64,000 nucleotides of DNA from a virus. Position 1 is the stretch's first letter. Every line of letters starts with the position of its first letter. The notes beneath the pieces are model-generated. The model had not been told where the DNA came from and did not search any database. It saw only the letters and a program-made list of their open reading frames with translations. Below, one piece after another: positions 1-9,245 of this stretch. A program made the translations under genes and the position numbers. The DNA lies in the IMG/VR virus record IMGVR_UViG_3300020173_000008, positions 3,520-67,519 of that record, one strand, 5' to 3'.

Positions 1-2
1 AT

Positions 3-146
3 ATAGATTTTGCACACCTCAATCACCAATTACAGTTAACAAGATCATTGGGTAGTTCTACTGGTGATATTTTCACACTCGCAATTAGAGCAACAACGAA
101 TAATGATGATGCGGTTGGCGCATTGAACTGGCAAGAACACAGTTAA
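3..146 (+). CDS. 3' end of a CDS truncated by the window start (hypothetical)
   Basis: Open frame IDFAHLNHQLQLTRSLG...GALNWQEHS* runs from position 3 to TAA at 144-146. Confidence 0.55.
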   Translation: MDFAHLNHQLQLTRSLGSSTGDIFTLAIRATTNNDDAVGALNWQEHS

Positions 147-151
147 GTCTC

Positions 152-184
152 TTGACACACATTCTATTCTGTGATATATAAATA
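152..184 (+). promoter_or_regulatory. Overlapping sigma70-like promoter (TTGACA-N17-TATATA) and T4 late promoter (TATAAATA)
   Basis: TTGACA 152-157, TATATA 175-180, TATAAATA 177-184, just upstream of the ATG at 190. Confidence 0.6.
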
Positions 185-189
185 CTGTT

Positions 190-1434
190 ATGGACACATT
201 TCTAGAACTCCTCTCTGAAGATAAAGGTGGCAAGAACTTACATCTTGAACACCTTGAAGACGAAATACTCAACTATGGCGTTGATGGTGGACGGGCTGCA
301 ATTAACTTTCTCCGTTCTCTCCGTGATATGTTGGCAGGAAGTTCCCGTTCTTCCGTAAACATGACAGTTAAATGGGATGGCGCACCCGCAATCTTTGCTG
401 GTATTGACCCAGCAGATGGAAAGTTCTTTGTCGCAAAGAAATCCGTGTTTAACGTCAATCCTAAGCTGTATAAGAGCAACGAGGAGATTGATGCTGACTT
501 GTCTGGTACATTGAACAGTAAGTTCAAAGTAGCCCTCTCAGAACTCTCTAAAATCGGTATAAAGGGTGTTCTACAGGGTGATTTGATGTTTACCGACGAC
601 ATCGAAACTGATACCATTGATGGGGTGTCCTACTACACATTCCAACCCAACACCATCGTATATGCGGTTCCTACTGACAGTGATTTGGGTAAGTCCATGA
701 GCCGTGCAAAGATTGGTATTGTATTCCACACCACATATACTGGTGACGATCTACAGTCCATGAAGGCATCCTTTGGTGCAGATATCAAGGGACTCAAGAA
801 GACATCCTCAGTGTGGATGGATGATGCAACATACAAGGATACATCTGGAAGTAGCACATTCACAGACAAAGAGACACAACTGATAACCAAATACCTCAGT
901 GATACAGGTCGCACATTCCAACGTATCAATGCAAATGGACTAAAGGCGTTCCTACGTCTACAGGACAGTATGACAGGTAATCTTGCTGGTGCATCACTCA
1001 AGACATACAACAACAGCATGGTCCGTAAAGGTCAGAAGATTACTAATCCATCCGCACATGCAAAGGGATATGAGGATTGGGTCAGAATGCACTTCGACAA
1101 ACAGATTGAGAAGGCAAAGAGTGATGCTGGAAAGAAGAAGTATCAGAACATGCAGAAAGAGTATGTTCGTGAAGTCAAGAAGCACACCAAGAATCTAGGT
1201 AACATTATTCAGTTTCAGAACCTACTTGTAGAAGCAAAACAGGTCATCGTGAATAAACTGAACTCAGTGCGTCAGATGACTGATACCTTCATTCGCACTT
1301 CCAATGGTTATAAGGTTACTAGTCCAGAAGGTTACGTTGCAATTGATCGTGTAAAAGGAAATGCGGTCAAACTTGTTGACCGCATGGAGTTCTCCTTTAA
1401 CAATTTCACCGCCATCAAGGCATGGGATCGTTAA
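190..1434 (+). CDS. Conserved T4-like phage protein with ATP-dependent ligase/nucleotidyltransferase-like motifs
   Basis: 414 aa; TVKWDG (motif I KxDG), LQGDLMF (III), PEGYVA (IV), VKLVDR (V); N-terminus [10 protein letters not shown]. Confidence 0.6.
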   Translation: MDTFLELLSEDKGGKNLHLEHLEDEILNYGVDGGRAAINFLRSLRDMLAGSSRSSVNMTVKWDGAPAIFAGIDPADGKFFVAKKSVFNVNPKLYKSNEEIDADLSGTLNSKFKVALSELSKIGIKGVLQGDLMFTDDIETDTIDGVSYYTFQPNTIVYAVPTDSDLGKSMSRAKIGIVFHTTYTGDDLQSMKASFGADIKGLKKTSSVWMDDATYKDTSGSSTFTDKETQLITKYLSDTGRTFQRINANGLKAFLRLQDSMTGNLAGASLKTYNNSMVRKGQKITNPSAHAKGYEDWVRMHFDKQIEKAKSDAGKKKYQNMQKEYVREVKKHTKNLGNIIQFQNLLVEAKQVIVNKLNSVRQMTDTFIRTSNGYKVTSPEGYVAIDRVKGNAVKLVDRMEFSFNNFTAIKAWDR

Positions 1435-2444
1435 CCGTACTTGAATTCCTTTCCTGCTGCTTCTTCTAGTCGAGCCATGACATCTTCAGTGAAGTATGTC
1501 TCAGGGTCATTCAGAATAGTCTTACCAAACTGCTTCGAACCATCAGGCAACTCAATACGAGTCGATACCTTCTTGAAGATTTCATACTTCTCTGCGAGTT
1601 CCAACAGACCATAGTACTTGTCCAACCCAGTGGAATAGGACAGTCTTACATCCACCATCTTATTCTCAATGGTCAAACGAGATTTGTGGTTCTTGCAGTG
1701 AATAATATTTCCCACAACCTCAGTACCATCCTTGTCCTTCTTCTTAGACAGATAGACGATAGAGGATGCTGCATACTTCAGACCAGAACCACCACCCATC
1801 TCTTTTGTTGGGAACATGGAACCAACAACGTCATAGGTATGGTTGGTGACTACCATAGGCACCTTTGCCTTACCTAGTTTCAGTGTCAGGACACGGAACG
1901 CAGCCTTGAGTACCTGTGCTCGTGTCATGTCACGAGTCTCTTTACCATCTGCCGTATCCTCTACCTCTTTAGTGGTAGATAGCATACCCAGTGAGTCGAG
2001 ACACAACATCATCTGTGGACGGTCACCTTCTGGTTTCGACAGATGGTCATCCAGAACACGAATTGCCTGTGTCCGAAACTCCTGTACAGTGGTGACAGGC
2101 ATGACAACCATACGCTTGGGGTCAATACCACGGTCAATCACCATCTGACGTGTGATTGCACTCTCACTCTCAAAGTATAGAACACCAGCATCAGGGTTCG
2201 CATCAAGGAAGTTCTTGACCATACCCATGAGAAAGAATGTCTTACCTGTTGCACTCTCACCAGCAATCGCAGTGATCTTATTAGATGGTAGTCCACCATA
2301 TAGACTACCCGACAGAAGTGCATTGAAGATGTATGAACCAGTGTCAATAAAGTTCTCTACATCACCAGCCTCTACTCCATCATCTACAATTGCAGCGTAC
2401 TCGTTTCCTGCTGCCTTGATTGCGTCCTGTAAAAAATTACTCAT
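1431..2444 (-). CDS. uvsX: UvsX RecA-like recombinase
   Basis: Walker [20 protein letters not shown] and MGGGSG motifs. Confidence 0.95.
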   Translation of the reverse strand: MSNFLQDAIKAAGNEYAAIVDDGVEAGDVENFIDTGSYIFNALLSGSLYGGLPSNKITAIAGESATGKTFFLMGMVKNFLDANPDAGVLYFESESAITRQMVIDRGIDPKRMVVMPVTTVQEFRTQAIRVLDDHLSKPEGDRPQMMLCLDSLGMLSTTKEVEDTADGKETRDMTRAQVLKAAFRVLTLKLGKAKVPMVVTNHTYDVVGSMFPTKEMGGGSGLKYAASSIVYLSKKKDKDGTEVVGNIIHCKNHKSRLTIENKMVDVRLSYSTGLDKYYGLLELAEKYEIFKKVSTRIELPDGSKQFGKTILNDPETYFTEDVMARLEEAAGKEFKYG

Positions 2445-2754
2445 CCATGCCTCCTTTATAAATCAGCGTTTCTTCTTCCATTCTCTGCTCAATGATATCA
2501 ACTAGAATATCACCAATCAGTGTAAAGAAATCCTCATCGAACTCATCGCGAGGAATGTTGTTGTTGTCTTCTATGTTGTAGTCAAACGAGAGTTGTGCAA
2601 ACCCCTCTGGTGTCGGTTCTGGAACACTAATGCGTCCATACGAATAGACTACACCAGAGAACCTATGGTCACCACGCAAGAGAACCGATGCTTGAGCATC
2701 GTCCTCTCTTGATACATACTCCCATGTGTCTGGATTAATTCTTGGTATGCTCAT
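2437..2754 (-). CDS. Hypothetical protein (possible gp40-like by position)
   Basis: ATGA overlap with the helicase stop; acidic ~105 aa ORF between gp41 and uvsX. Confidence 0.55.
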   Translation of the reverse strand: MSIPRINPDTWEYVSREDDAQASVLLRGDHRFSGVVYSYGRISVPEPTPEGFAQLSFDYNIEDNNNIPRDEFDEDFFTLIGDILVDIIEQRMEEETLIYKGGMDE

Positions 2755-4133
2755 ACTTGCCATCCTTCTCCAAAATCTGTATTATCAAATACAGGTTCAT
2801 TAAATGTGTCTTCTTTCTGGTTACTGTCAACCAGACCATCCTGTTCACTTGCATCTAGGTCATGCAGACGCATCTTTGCACGGTCGATACCGATAACAAA
2901 TCTCTTGTTCATCGTTGGGTCATTGTATCGGTTCTTCAACTGCTTGACTGCGATTTGGTTTCGTTCCTCAAGTTCCTCACTAGAAATAAGCGCAAACATG
3001 AGGTCTGCCGTAGCAGGAAGACCAAAAGACTCTGACGTGTCTTCCAAACCAACATCTGTGTTGGAGTACCCGCTCCTTGTGGTCTGTGTTGCCGACATAA
3101 TCGGGACATTTGTTTCAACTGCGAGTCCCCTAAGCTCCTCTGCAATCGATTTAATATACATGTACGAGTTGACATTTGCTGCCCCCTTGAATCTACTAGA
3201 TGCACAGATGTTTAGATAGTCAATGAAGATGATATCTGGTTTGAATGACTTCTTGACTGCGAGCTCCTTGATAAGACCACGAAAGTGTCCAGAGTGTGCA
3301 GATGCAGTTGGATACTCCTTGATTACCAATTGACCAGTGGTGTTCTTGATAATCTTGTTGATCTTGTCATCATACATCTGTTTTGGTAGACTATGTAGGT
3401 CTTCCATAGAGATATTCATGAGGTTTGCATCAATACGTTCTGCGATACGTTCCTCTGCCATCTCCATAGAAATATACAGGACGTTCCTACCTTGGTTCAT
3501 ACAGTTCGCTGCCATGTGACACATAAACAGAGACTTACCCACACCAGTTCCAGCAAGGGCAATGTTCAGTGTCTTGGGTGGTAGTCCACCCTTAGTAATA
3601 CGATTGAAGAAGTCAAGGTCGAAAGGTATCTTCTCCTCTACCGTGTGGTAAAATTCGAACCGTGATTCTGCATCAAGTAGATAATCATGACCAACAGAGT
3701 TATCAAAACCAACGGCCAAGGCATCAGTGAGAATGCTCGGAATAGCATCGACATTTCGATTCTTATCTTTTCCATCAATAATTTGAATACCTTCAACGAT
3801 TGCATTGTATACCGCCTTATCCTTACAGAATTTCTCTGTAGTCTCTACTAACCACTCTAAATTCGCATCATCGTCTTTCTCAAGACTCTTAACTACATCA
3901 ATTACCGCCTTGACATCTTGTTCGTTCAAGTCACGGCGAGTGTCGATCTCAATTTCAATAGAAGTCTTGTTTGGTAGAGTGTTGTATTTATCTACAAACT
4001 TCTGTATCTCTTCGAATACAATACGTTCACTACGGTCAGAAAAGTAATCCACCTTCATATGTGGAAGTACCTTTCTGGCGTAGTTCTCGTTTGAGATTAA
4101 CTCAGATAGAGCTGTCCTCTCAATTGTCTTCAT
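2751..4133 (-). CDS. 41: Replicative DNA helicase (T4 gp41)
   Basis: AGTGVGKS, SMEMAEE, IFIDYLNI, ATQTTR, SESFGLPATAD, KNRY. Confidence 0.95.
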   Translation of the reverse strand: MKTIERTALSELISNENYARKVLPHMKVDYFSDRSERIVFEEIQKFVDKYNTLPNKTSIEIEIDTRRDLNEQDVKAVIDVVKSLEKDDDANLEWLVETTEKFCKDKAVYNAIVEGIQIIDGKDKNRNVDAIPSILTDALAVGFDNSVGHDYLLDAESRFEFYHTVEEKIPFDLDFFNRITKGGLPPKTLNIALAGTGVGKSLFMCHMAANCMNQGRNVLYISMEMAEERIAERIDANLMNISMEDLHSLPKQMYDDKINKIIKNTTGQLVIKEYPTASAHSGHFRGLIKELAVKKSFKPDIIFIDYLNICASSRFKGAANVNSYMYIKSIAEELRGLAVETNVPIMSATQTTRSGYSNTDVGLEDTSESFGLPATADLMFALISSEELEERNQIAVKQLKNRYNDPTMNKRFVIGIDRAKMRLHDLDASEQDGLVDSNQKEDTFNEPVFDNTDFGEGWQV

Positions 4134-4731
4134 CTAGTCGGCCTCGACACTCAGAGAGAAATTCTTGTTGTAGGTCATGGGATGTTTCCCAGATATTTTC
4201 CCACACAATGTCCTGACTCTCTTCTGTTAAATCACCATCCTCGTCCTCTTCAATGTCATGATGCTTCTTGACCTCTTCAAGAATTTCATCATAGTCCCAC
4301 TCAGATGATTCGTCTAGTTCATCTCCAATGTAGAAGTTAGCACCAATAAAGTTTGGCATCTCATCCTCATAAGTCACCTCAGTAACAACATCAGGACAGA
4401 TTGCAGCAATTGCAGTCAACAGATTCTCAACACCAGTTATAGGAGCACCCCATGCAGAAACAGTTCGAATCGTACAACCGCTCTCACCAATTCCGCGGAA
4501 ACAGCTGTCCTCAAAGTCTTCGATATAACACCACTTGGGTCCGATGTTTTCGAGGGTCCACTCGTATTTCTCTGACTGCTCATAGGTTACGTTTGTTCCA
4601 TCAACAAACATATCACCGAACCACTTGTAGTCCTCAGTTTCACGCACTCTAGAATACAGTTCCTTAATAAGATTAACTGCATTCGAATTTAGATTTTCCA
4701 TGTCAATGCATGTGTTTACATTGTTAGCCAT
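4120..4731 (-). CDS. Hypothetical acidic protein (possible YubB/ferredoxin-like fold)
   Basis: W..ENIGPKW, SAWGAP, YEDEM pattern; start moved to MANNVNT. Confidence 0.5.
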   Translation of the reverse strand: MANNVNTCIDMENLNSNAVNLIKELYSRVRETEDYKWFGDMFVDGTNVTYEQSEKYEWTLENIGPKWCYIEDFEDSCFRGIGESGCTIRTVSAWGAPITGVENLLTAIAAICPDVVTEVTYEDEMPNFIGANFYIGDELDESSEWDYDEILEEVKKHHDIEEDEDGDLTEESQDIVWENIWETSHDLQQEFLSECRGRLDEDN

Positions 4732-5188
4732 TTTCTTCCTCTTCCAAAAAATATTGTGAGACAGGTATCTCACATCTCACTAAAAAGTCCACACCCACAG
4801 TTTCCCTATAAGACTGTGAATATACAACTTCACTTACTCCAGCAGAGTATAACATCTTCGCACAAGAAAGGCAAGGTGCATGTGTAATAAATGCTACTGA
4901 ACCTTCACCTGACTCGTTTGACCTCGCAAGTTTTGCGACAGCGTTTGCCTCTGCGTGAATTACCTCTGGTTTTGTAACTAACTCCTTTGTTACCGCAATC
5001 TTAGATACTTTAGAATAGACCTCATCTTCACATTCATTGGTCCACCCACTCGGCATACCATTGTATCCGATACTTATGATACGGTGGTCCTTAACCAGAA
5101 CACACCCCACCTTAAGTTTCTCTGCTGTGCTGCACTCTGCATATGCATGTGCAGCCCGCATGTGTGCTCGAATGTGTTTAGGTTTCAT
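4724..5188 (-). CDS. cd: dCMP deaminase
   Basis: KVGCVLV, IGYNGMPSG, HAEANA, PCLSCAK zinc-deaminase motifs. Confidence 0.92.
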   Translation of the reverse strand: MKPKHIRAHMRAAHAYAECSTAEKLKVGCVLVKDHRIISIGYNGMPSGWTNECEDEVYSKVSKIAVTKELVTKPEVIHAEANAVAKLARSNESGEGSVAFITHAPCLSCAKMLYSAGVSEVVYSQSYRETVGVDFLVRCEIPVSQYFLEEEENG

Positions 5189-5565
5189 ACACCATTCAAT
5201 CCCAGTGTGGTCTTTAGGTCAGGCGCACGGTATCCCGGCCCCTTCATAACCTTACCATCCTCACGATAGATAGGTTTACCCTCTGGTCCAAGTTTAGTCA
5301 TGTTGCTATTATGCACCTCTTCGAAACATTTGTCAAGGTCCAATCCAAAAGAATGTCCAGCACCATAAACGACATACAGAAGGTCAGTGAGTGCATCAGC
5401 AACCTCTACAATGTTTCTCTCTTCGATTGCTTGACCCAGTTCCTTAAGTTCCTCGTCAATCAGGTCGTATCGCAATTGTGATACACTTGTCCATGTGGGT
5501 TCAGTCTCTACAGTCTGACCAAACGCAGTCATGAACTCTGCTACCTTCTCAAAGTTCGTACTCAT
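5185..5565 (-). CDS. MazG-like/PRA-PH NTP pyrophosphohydrolase
   Basis: LIDEELKEL, VADALTDLLYVVYG, VHNSNMTK, REDGKVMKGP. Confidence 0.88.
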   Translation of the reverse strand: MSTNFEKVAEFMTAFGQTVETEPTWTSVSQLRYDLIDEELKELGQAIEERNIVEVADALTDLLYVVYGAGHSFGLDLDKCFEEVHNSNMTKLGPEGKPIYREDGKVMKGPGYRAPDLKTTLGLNGV

Positions 5566-5959
5566 AATTATCTGTCTCCTCATTCTCATTCAAAATAAAT
5601 GCACCATTGCGAAGATGAAACTTACGAGCCATCTCTGTCTTAGGTGATAATGTGACTAGACGTTTGAAGTTATTCTCAATCGCATAGTCTCTCAGTTCAT
5701 AGATTATATCACGTCCTGCGCCTGGAGCATAACTCCATACAGTGTATGCGATACAGTTATCACCCTGTGGATGTGAGTACAGGGCAAGTTCTCTTACAGT
5801 TTTTGGAATATCTGTTGTAAATGCTGTGCATACAATGGCGGTAGGTTTATCCTCGCCAATGTAGAACATCTCGCCCACAGACTTGCGAAATGCATATGAT
5901 AAAGAAGGACGAACAGGATCGTCCTTCACAAAGGTTTCATCACTAAGTACCTTGATCAA
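5549..5959 (-). CDS. Hypothetical protein, GNAT-like fold possible
   Basis: YTVWSY.PGAGR..., TLSPKTEMARKFHLRNGA resembles GNAT motifs A/B. Confidence 0.5.
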   Translation of the reverse strand: MIKVLSDETFVKDDPVRPSLSYAFRKSVGEMFYIGEDKPTAIVCTAFTTDIPKTVRELALYSHPQGDNCIAYTVWSYAPGAGRDIIYELRDYAIENNFKRLVTLSPKTEMARKFHLRNGAFILNENEETDNYEYEL

Positions 5960-6090
5960 TTCAGTCTCCCAGACTGCCTCAATAGGTATGCCAGTACATT
6001 AGACCAGTATTGGATACCCCATTCTGATTTAGATGCTTCACATGCCCTTAAAGCTGTCTCGGCATTTCCCACTAGACGTTCCCAGTTCAT
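5956..6090 (-). CDS. Small hypothetical protein (44 aa)
   Basis: MNWERLVG...SGRLN, coupled to both neighbours. Confidence 0.5.
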   Translation of the reverse strand: MNWERLVGNAETALRACEASKSEWGIQYWSNVLAYLLRQSGRLN

Positions 6091-6301
6091 TCTCTTGCAA
6101 CCTCTCAACCACGTCACCAAACATGGTGAACATATCTTTAACCTTCGCAGATTTATCTGCTTGTGGGATGCAGATTGCCTCTGCACCCCGTCCTTGTCCC
6201 TCGACAAGATTTGCATTCTCCATGCATGTGTTCATGTCTGGCATGTTCACTGCATACTCTGCACCACTCATAAGAGTGACAACCAACAGTGCCTTAATCA
6301 T
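6038..6301 (-). CDS. Small secreted hypothetical protein
   Basis: Hydrophobic N-terminus, two Cys. Confidence 0.55.
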   Translation of the reverse strand: MIKALLVVTLMSGAEYAVNMPDMNTCMENANLVEGQGRGAEAICIPQADKSAKVKDMFTMFGDVVERLQENELGTSSGKCRDSFKGM

Positions 6302-6564
6302 TACACCTTACTCCATCCCACCATATCGCAAATATACTTAGTCGTTCCAACCAGAACCATGTCACCCATCATTGTGCTGCGACAGGTCTTTCCACCAAAC
6401 ATGGGAGTCACATCTTCGTTCTCCCACCAACCGCAATCAATCGAGTTGGTGAGAGTAAATGCAATCTCACATGCATCAATGTCACTCGTCCCATCAGCAA
6501 CTTCGACAAGGGCAACGGTGCGAGCAAAGTCTTCTGCCGCACCGTGAATAACCGCAACCTTCAT
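6301..6564 (-). CDS. Hypothetical early protein
   Basis: MKVAVIH... with CRSTMMGD motif; coupled to the upstream stop. Confidence 0.6.
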   Translation of the reverse strand: MKVAVIHGAAEDFARTVALVEVADGTSDIDACEIAFTLTNSIDCGWWENEDVTPMFGGKTCRSTMMGDMVLVGTTKYICDMVGWSKV

Positions 6565-6917
6565 CAGATCACCTCTACCGGCTTGTTCCACTCACCAATC
6601 TTGATATCGTTGTACCAAGCGGTATCGAAATAGTCAGTCATCGAATCACTCCGATCATACCAGTTTATACCCTTCATGGCAGCAAGCAATTCCATCAAGA
6701 AATTCTTTGCAAGACCATCAAACCATCCGAGATGGTAGACGTTCACACCGTTTTCAATCTCTTTGTCAGTGAAGAGTCCAGCAGGAATCTTCCGAAGGGT
6801 CACAACCAGAGTGCTGCCATTGTTAACCTTGATGGTTCCCTTGACACCGTACTCAGCAAGAACCTTCTTGATTGCAGGGGCAAGTTCTTTCTTCGTCTCT
6901 TTACTCACATAAGCCAT
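6564..6917 (-). CDS. Conserved hypothetical early protein
   Basis: 117 aa; WYDRSDSMTDYFDTAWY..IKIGEW; directly follows an early promoter cassette. Confidence 0.7.
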   Translation of the reverse strand: MAYVSKETKKELAPAIKKVLAEYGVKGTIKVNNGSTLVVTLRKIPAGLFTDKEIENGVNVYHLGWFDGLAKNFLMELLAAMKGINWYDRSDSMTDYFDTAWYNDIKIGEWNKPVEVI

Positions 6918-6928
6918 TTGTCTTTCCT

Positions 6929-6974
6929 TCTCTGATTATGTCTAACTATACCACACTCAAACGAATCTGTCAAC
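6929..6974 (-). promoter_or_regulatory. Early promoter cassette 1
   Basis: TTGACA-N17-TATAGT with TG extension, followed by leader TAGACATAATCAGAGA. Confidence 0.85.
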
Positions 6975-6976
6975 AA

Positions 6977-7270
6977 TTAATTCCACTTTTTCAAATATTT
7001 TTCATAATCATATAATCCTAAACCAAAAACTATGTCTTTGAATAAACGAAGTGTTTTTCTACCACCACCAGGCAAACGTAAAAACTTTATCTCCCATTCT
7101 CTCCATCGACTGTCATTGAGCATATCATCAACAGTTTCAACTTCATGAACCTTTTTATAAACCATTAAGACGTGCATTAACCGTCTATAAGTAGGGTTTA
7201 CTCTTCCCTCTTCATTTAAATCAACTAGTCTTTTTGATTTTGCAATGTCAATCACAGTATCAATTTTCAT
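6977..7270 (-). CDS. Hypothetical early protein (AT-rich)
   Basis: 97 aa ORF flanked by promoter cassettes 1 and 2. Confidence 0.6.
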   Translation of the reverse strand: MKIDTVIDIAKSKRLVDLNEEGRVNPTYRRLMHVLMVYKKVHEVETVDDMLNDSRWREWEIKFLRLPGGGRKTLRLFKDIVFGLGLYDYEKYLKKWN

Positions 7271-7280
7271 ATTTCATCTC

Positions 7281-7326
7281 TCTCTGATTATGTCTAACTA
7301 TACCATGCAGGATTCGTTTTGTCAAC
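7281..7326 (-). promoter_or_regulatory. Early promoter cassette 2
   Basis: TTGACA 7320-7325, TATAGT 7297-7302, same leader as cassette 1. Confidence 0.85.
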
Positions 7327-7331
7327 CCCTG

Positions 7332-7868
7332 TTATGCAGCAACCGCAAATATTTCTGCGTCACTACCGTAGAGGTCAAACTTCTTGGAAACCAACTCACG
7401 CTTTCCAGACTTGGGGAAGTCGATGAACTTGGAATAGGGTGACTTCTTAGCATACACCGTAATGTCACGTTCCTTGTTGAGTTTGTTCCAAACGTAACGA
7501 CCACCAGCAGACTGTGAGTGACCAGCCATCAGGGTGATATCCATCTTCTTCATGAGGAACTTATAAATCTTGATTGCAAGGTTATTACCCTTGTAACGAC
7601 TATCGACGTTCAAGAGGTCAACATGCCATGCACCACGCTCTTTCGACAGTTCTACCTTTGCAGCAATGCGATGGCGAGTGTCCATGTCACCATAGGGAGT
7701 GCGAACCCGTTTGGTTATGTTGCGGTCATAGACCCACACAACATTATATGTGCGTTCTTCTTTCTCAATGTAGATATCATATCCAAAGGCACGACCTACA
7801 AGCTCTAGGTCTTCTGTGCTACCATAACCAAGGAAAACTCCCTTGTTCATCGTAATTCTGTCAACCAT
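7332..7868 (-). CDS. GNAT-like early protein with ssrA-like C-terminus
   Basis: VDSRYKGNNLAIKIY, QSAGGRYVWNKL; ends in EIFAVAA. Confidence 0.6.
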   Translation of the reverse strand: MVDRITMNKGVFLGYGSTEDLELVGRAFGYDIYIEKEERTYNVVWVYDRNITKRVRTPYGDMDTRHRIAAKVELSKERGAWHVDLLNVDSRYKGNNLAIKIYKFLMKKMDITLMAGHSQSAGGRYVWNKLNKERDITVYAKKSPYSKFIDFPKSGKRELVSKKFDLYGSDAEIFAVAA

Positions 7869-7883
7869 TTGTAACCTCTTGAT

Positions 7884-7927
7884 TTCTGATTATGTCTAAT
7901 CATACCATACGAAAAGGGGTTTGTCAA
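7884..7927 (-). promoter_or_regulatory. Early promoter cassette 3
   Basis: TTGACA 7922-7927, TATGAT 7899-7904, leader TAGACATAATCAGA. Confidence 0.85.
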
Positions 7928-8131
7928 TCAAAATCGACTCGGAATCCAAGAAAAATTCACATCATCTAGCCAACGCCATTCACCTGTTTTCAGTGATTTT
8001 ATGGGGGGCAATGCGGGTTTGGGGTCCATACCTAGAACGCCGGGGGGAAGTTCTAGAACTTCCCACTTGTCTCCGTGTTCCCGAATACGATTCTTACCCT
8101 TGTTGGTGATGCCCTTGAGGGTGAGGATCAT
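7928..8131 (-). CDS. Small hypothetical early protein
   Basis: 67 aa; LKGITNKGKNRIREHG. Confidence 0.6.
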   Translation of the reverse strand: MILTLKGITNKGKNRIREHGDKWEVLELPPGVLGMDPKPALPPIKSLKTGEWRWLDDVNFSWIPSRF

Positions 8132-8316
8132 TATGCCCGACCTCGACCATTCATATTCGGCATCTTTAACCCAGCTTTCTTGAAAGCTTCAGAGATACGC
8201 TTCTCAGGGTCTTTACCATCCTTCCAGACTTCCAACTCGGAAATGTCAATCCCTGCTTCTCTCATGATCCGCTTCTTGATCATCAGGTCACGAAATATCC
8301 AGTTGCAATTCATCAT
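8131..8316 (-). CDS. Small hypothetical early protein
   Basis: 61 aa; follows promoter cassette 4 with AGGAAG SD. Confidence 0.55.
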   Translation of the reverse strand: MMNCNWIFRDLMIKKRIMREAGIDISELEVWKDGKDPEKRISEAFKKAGLKMPNMNGRGRA

Positions 8317-8326
8317 AACGTCTTCC

Positions 8327-8375
8327 TTTTCTCAGTGTATAACTAACTATACCACACGAAAAGGGGTTTGTCAAC
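8327..8375 (-). promoter_or_regulatory. Early promoter cassette 4 (type B leader)
   Basis: TTGACA 8369-8374, TATAGT 8346-8351, leader TAGTTATACACTGAGAAAA identical to cassette 7. Confidence 0.85.
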
Positions 8376-8387
8376 AACTTTTTTCGA

Positions 8388-9050
8388 TTATCGACGCCTT
8401 TTTTGCATTTCCCTTGCAATCCAAGACTTTGCACGTCCATTCGAAACCTTGTTACGAAGAAGACCCTGCACACGTTTCCAGACCTTACCAAATACGTCCT
8501 CACCAGCATCGTTGTTATCCACAATGATCATACCTGACCCAAAGTGGTTGTTGAACTTACCGATGTTGGACTGAACGTCCTTCCAAGACTGAACGACGAT
8601 GGATTCTGGAACACTTCTAGCACGTTGTGCATTGCGTTCAAGTGCAGTGTCCAGTGAGGTGTTTACGAAAATCATATAGGTGTCGTAACCTAGTTCTCGT
8701 AACTGTTGAGACTGACGAGCAATCTTATCATAATCCCGGCCGGTCCCATCTATGATAAGTCCAAGGCGACCTTCAAGATAGTTTGCCTGACGAGCCTTGG
8801 TGATTTGTTTTGCACGGTCACGAACAACGTCTCTCTCCTGCTCTTCCTCTGGAGGCATCTTAAGAGATAGACCAGCATCCTTCAACAGTTTCTCGAAAGC
8901 ATCGTCTGAGTTGACAATCTTGAGTCCTGTTCCCCCAGTGGTGCGCCTGACAACGTATGACTTACCGCTGCCAGGCCCACCTGCTAGGAAAAATGCTTTA
9001 AATATGTTGGGGTCGTAAACCCCTTCCTGTAGTTCGTGAAAACTCTTCAT
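8388..9050 (-). CDS. Zeta-toxin/PNK-like P-loop kinase
   Basis: AGGPGSGKS, NSDD, IIDGTG, ALERNAQRAR lid; N-terminus MKSFHELQE. Confidence 0.8.
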   Translation of the reverse strand: MKSFHELQEGVYDPNIFKAFFLAGGPGSGKSYVVRRTTGGTGLKIVNSDDAFEKLLKDAGLSLKMPPEEEQERDVVRDRAKQITKARQANYLEGRLGLIIDGTGRDYDKIARQSQQLRELGYDTYMIFVNTSLDTALERNAQRARSVPESIVVQSWKDVQSNIGKFNNHFGSGMIIVDNNDAGEDVFGKVWKRVQGLLRNKVSNGRAKSWIAREMQKRRR

Positions 9051-9245
9051 TTTGCATCTGCCCTTTTCTATATCCTGACATTTCTATGATGTATTTATCA
9101 TTCTCTGAAAGTGGTTCCAATTCCATTTTACGTTCCTGCCTCTGAAAGTTCAATTTCTTAATGCGATTCTTGGTCTTAGCCATTTTATCTTCCTTTCGCT
9201 GTTTGTATTGGGATATAGATTTTTTTGAGATGGGCGTCTCCTTTC

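Noticed and set aside
6929-8375. Regularly recurring ~45-bp repeats as a CRISPR or attC array
   Set aside because: The spacers are whole genes of 300-600 bp, the repeats are plain -35/-10 promoters, and no integrase is present.
8388-9050. Zeta toxin-antitoxin module
   Set aside because: No recognisable antitoxin is adjacent, and the P-loop kinase fold alone does not establish toxin activity.
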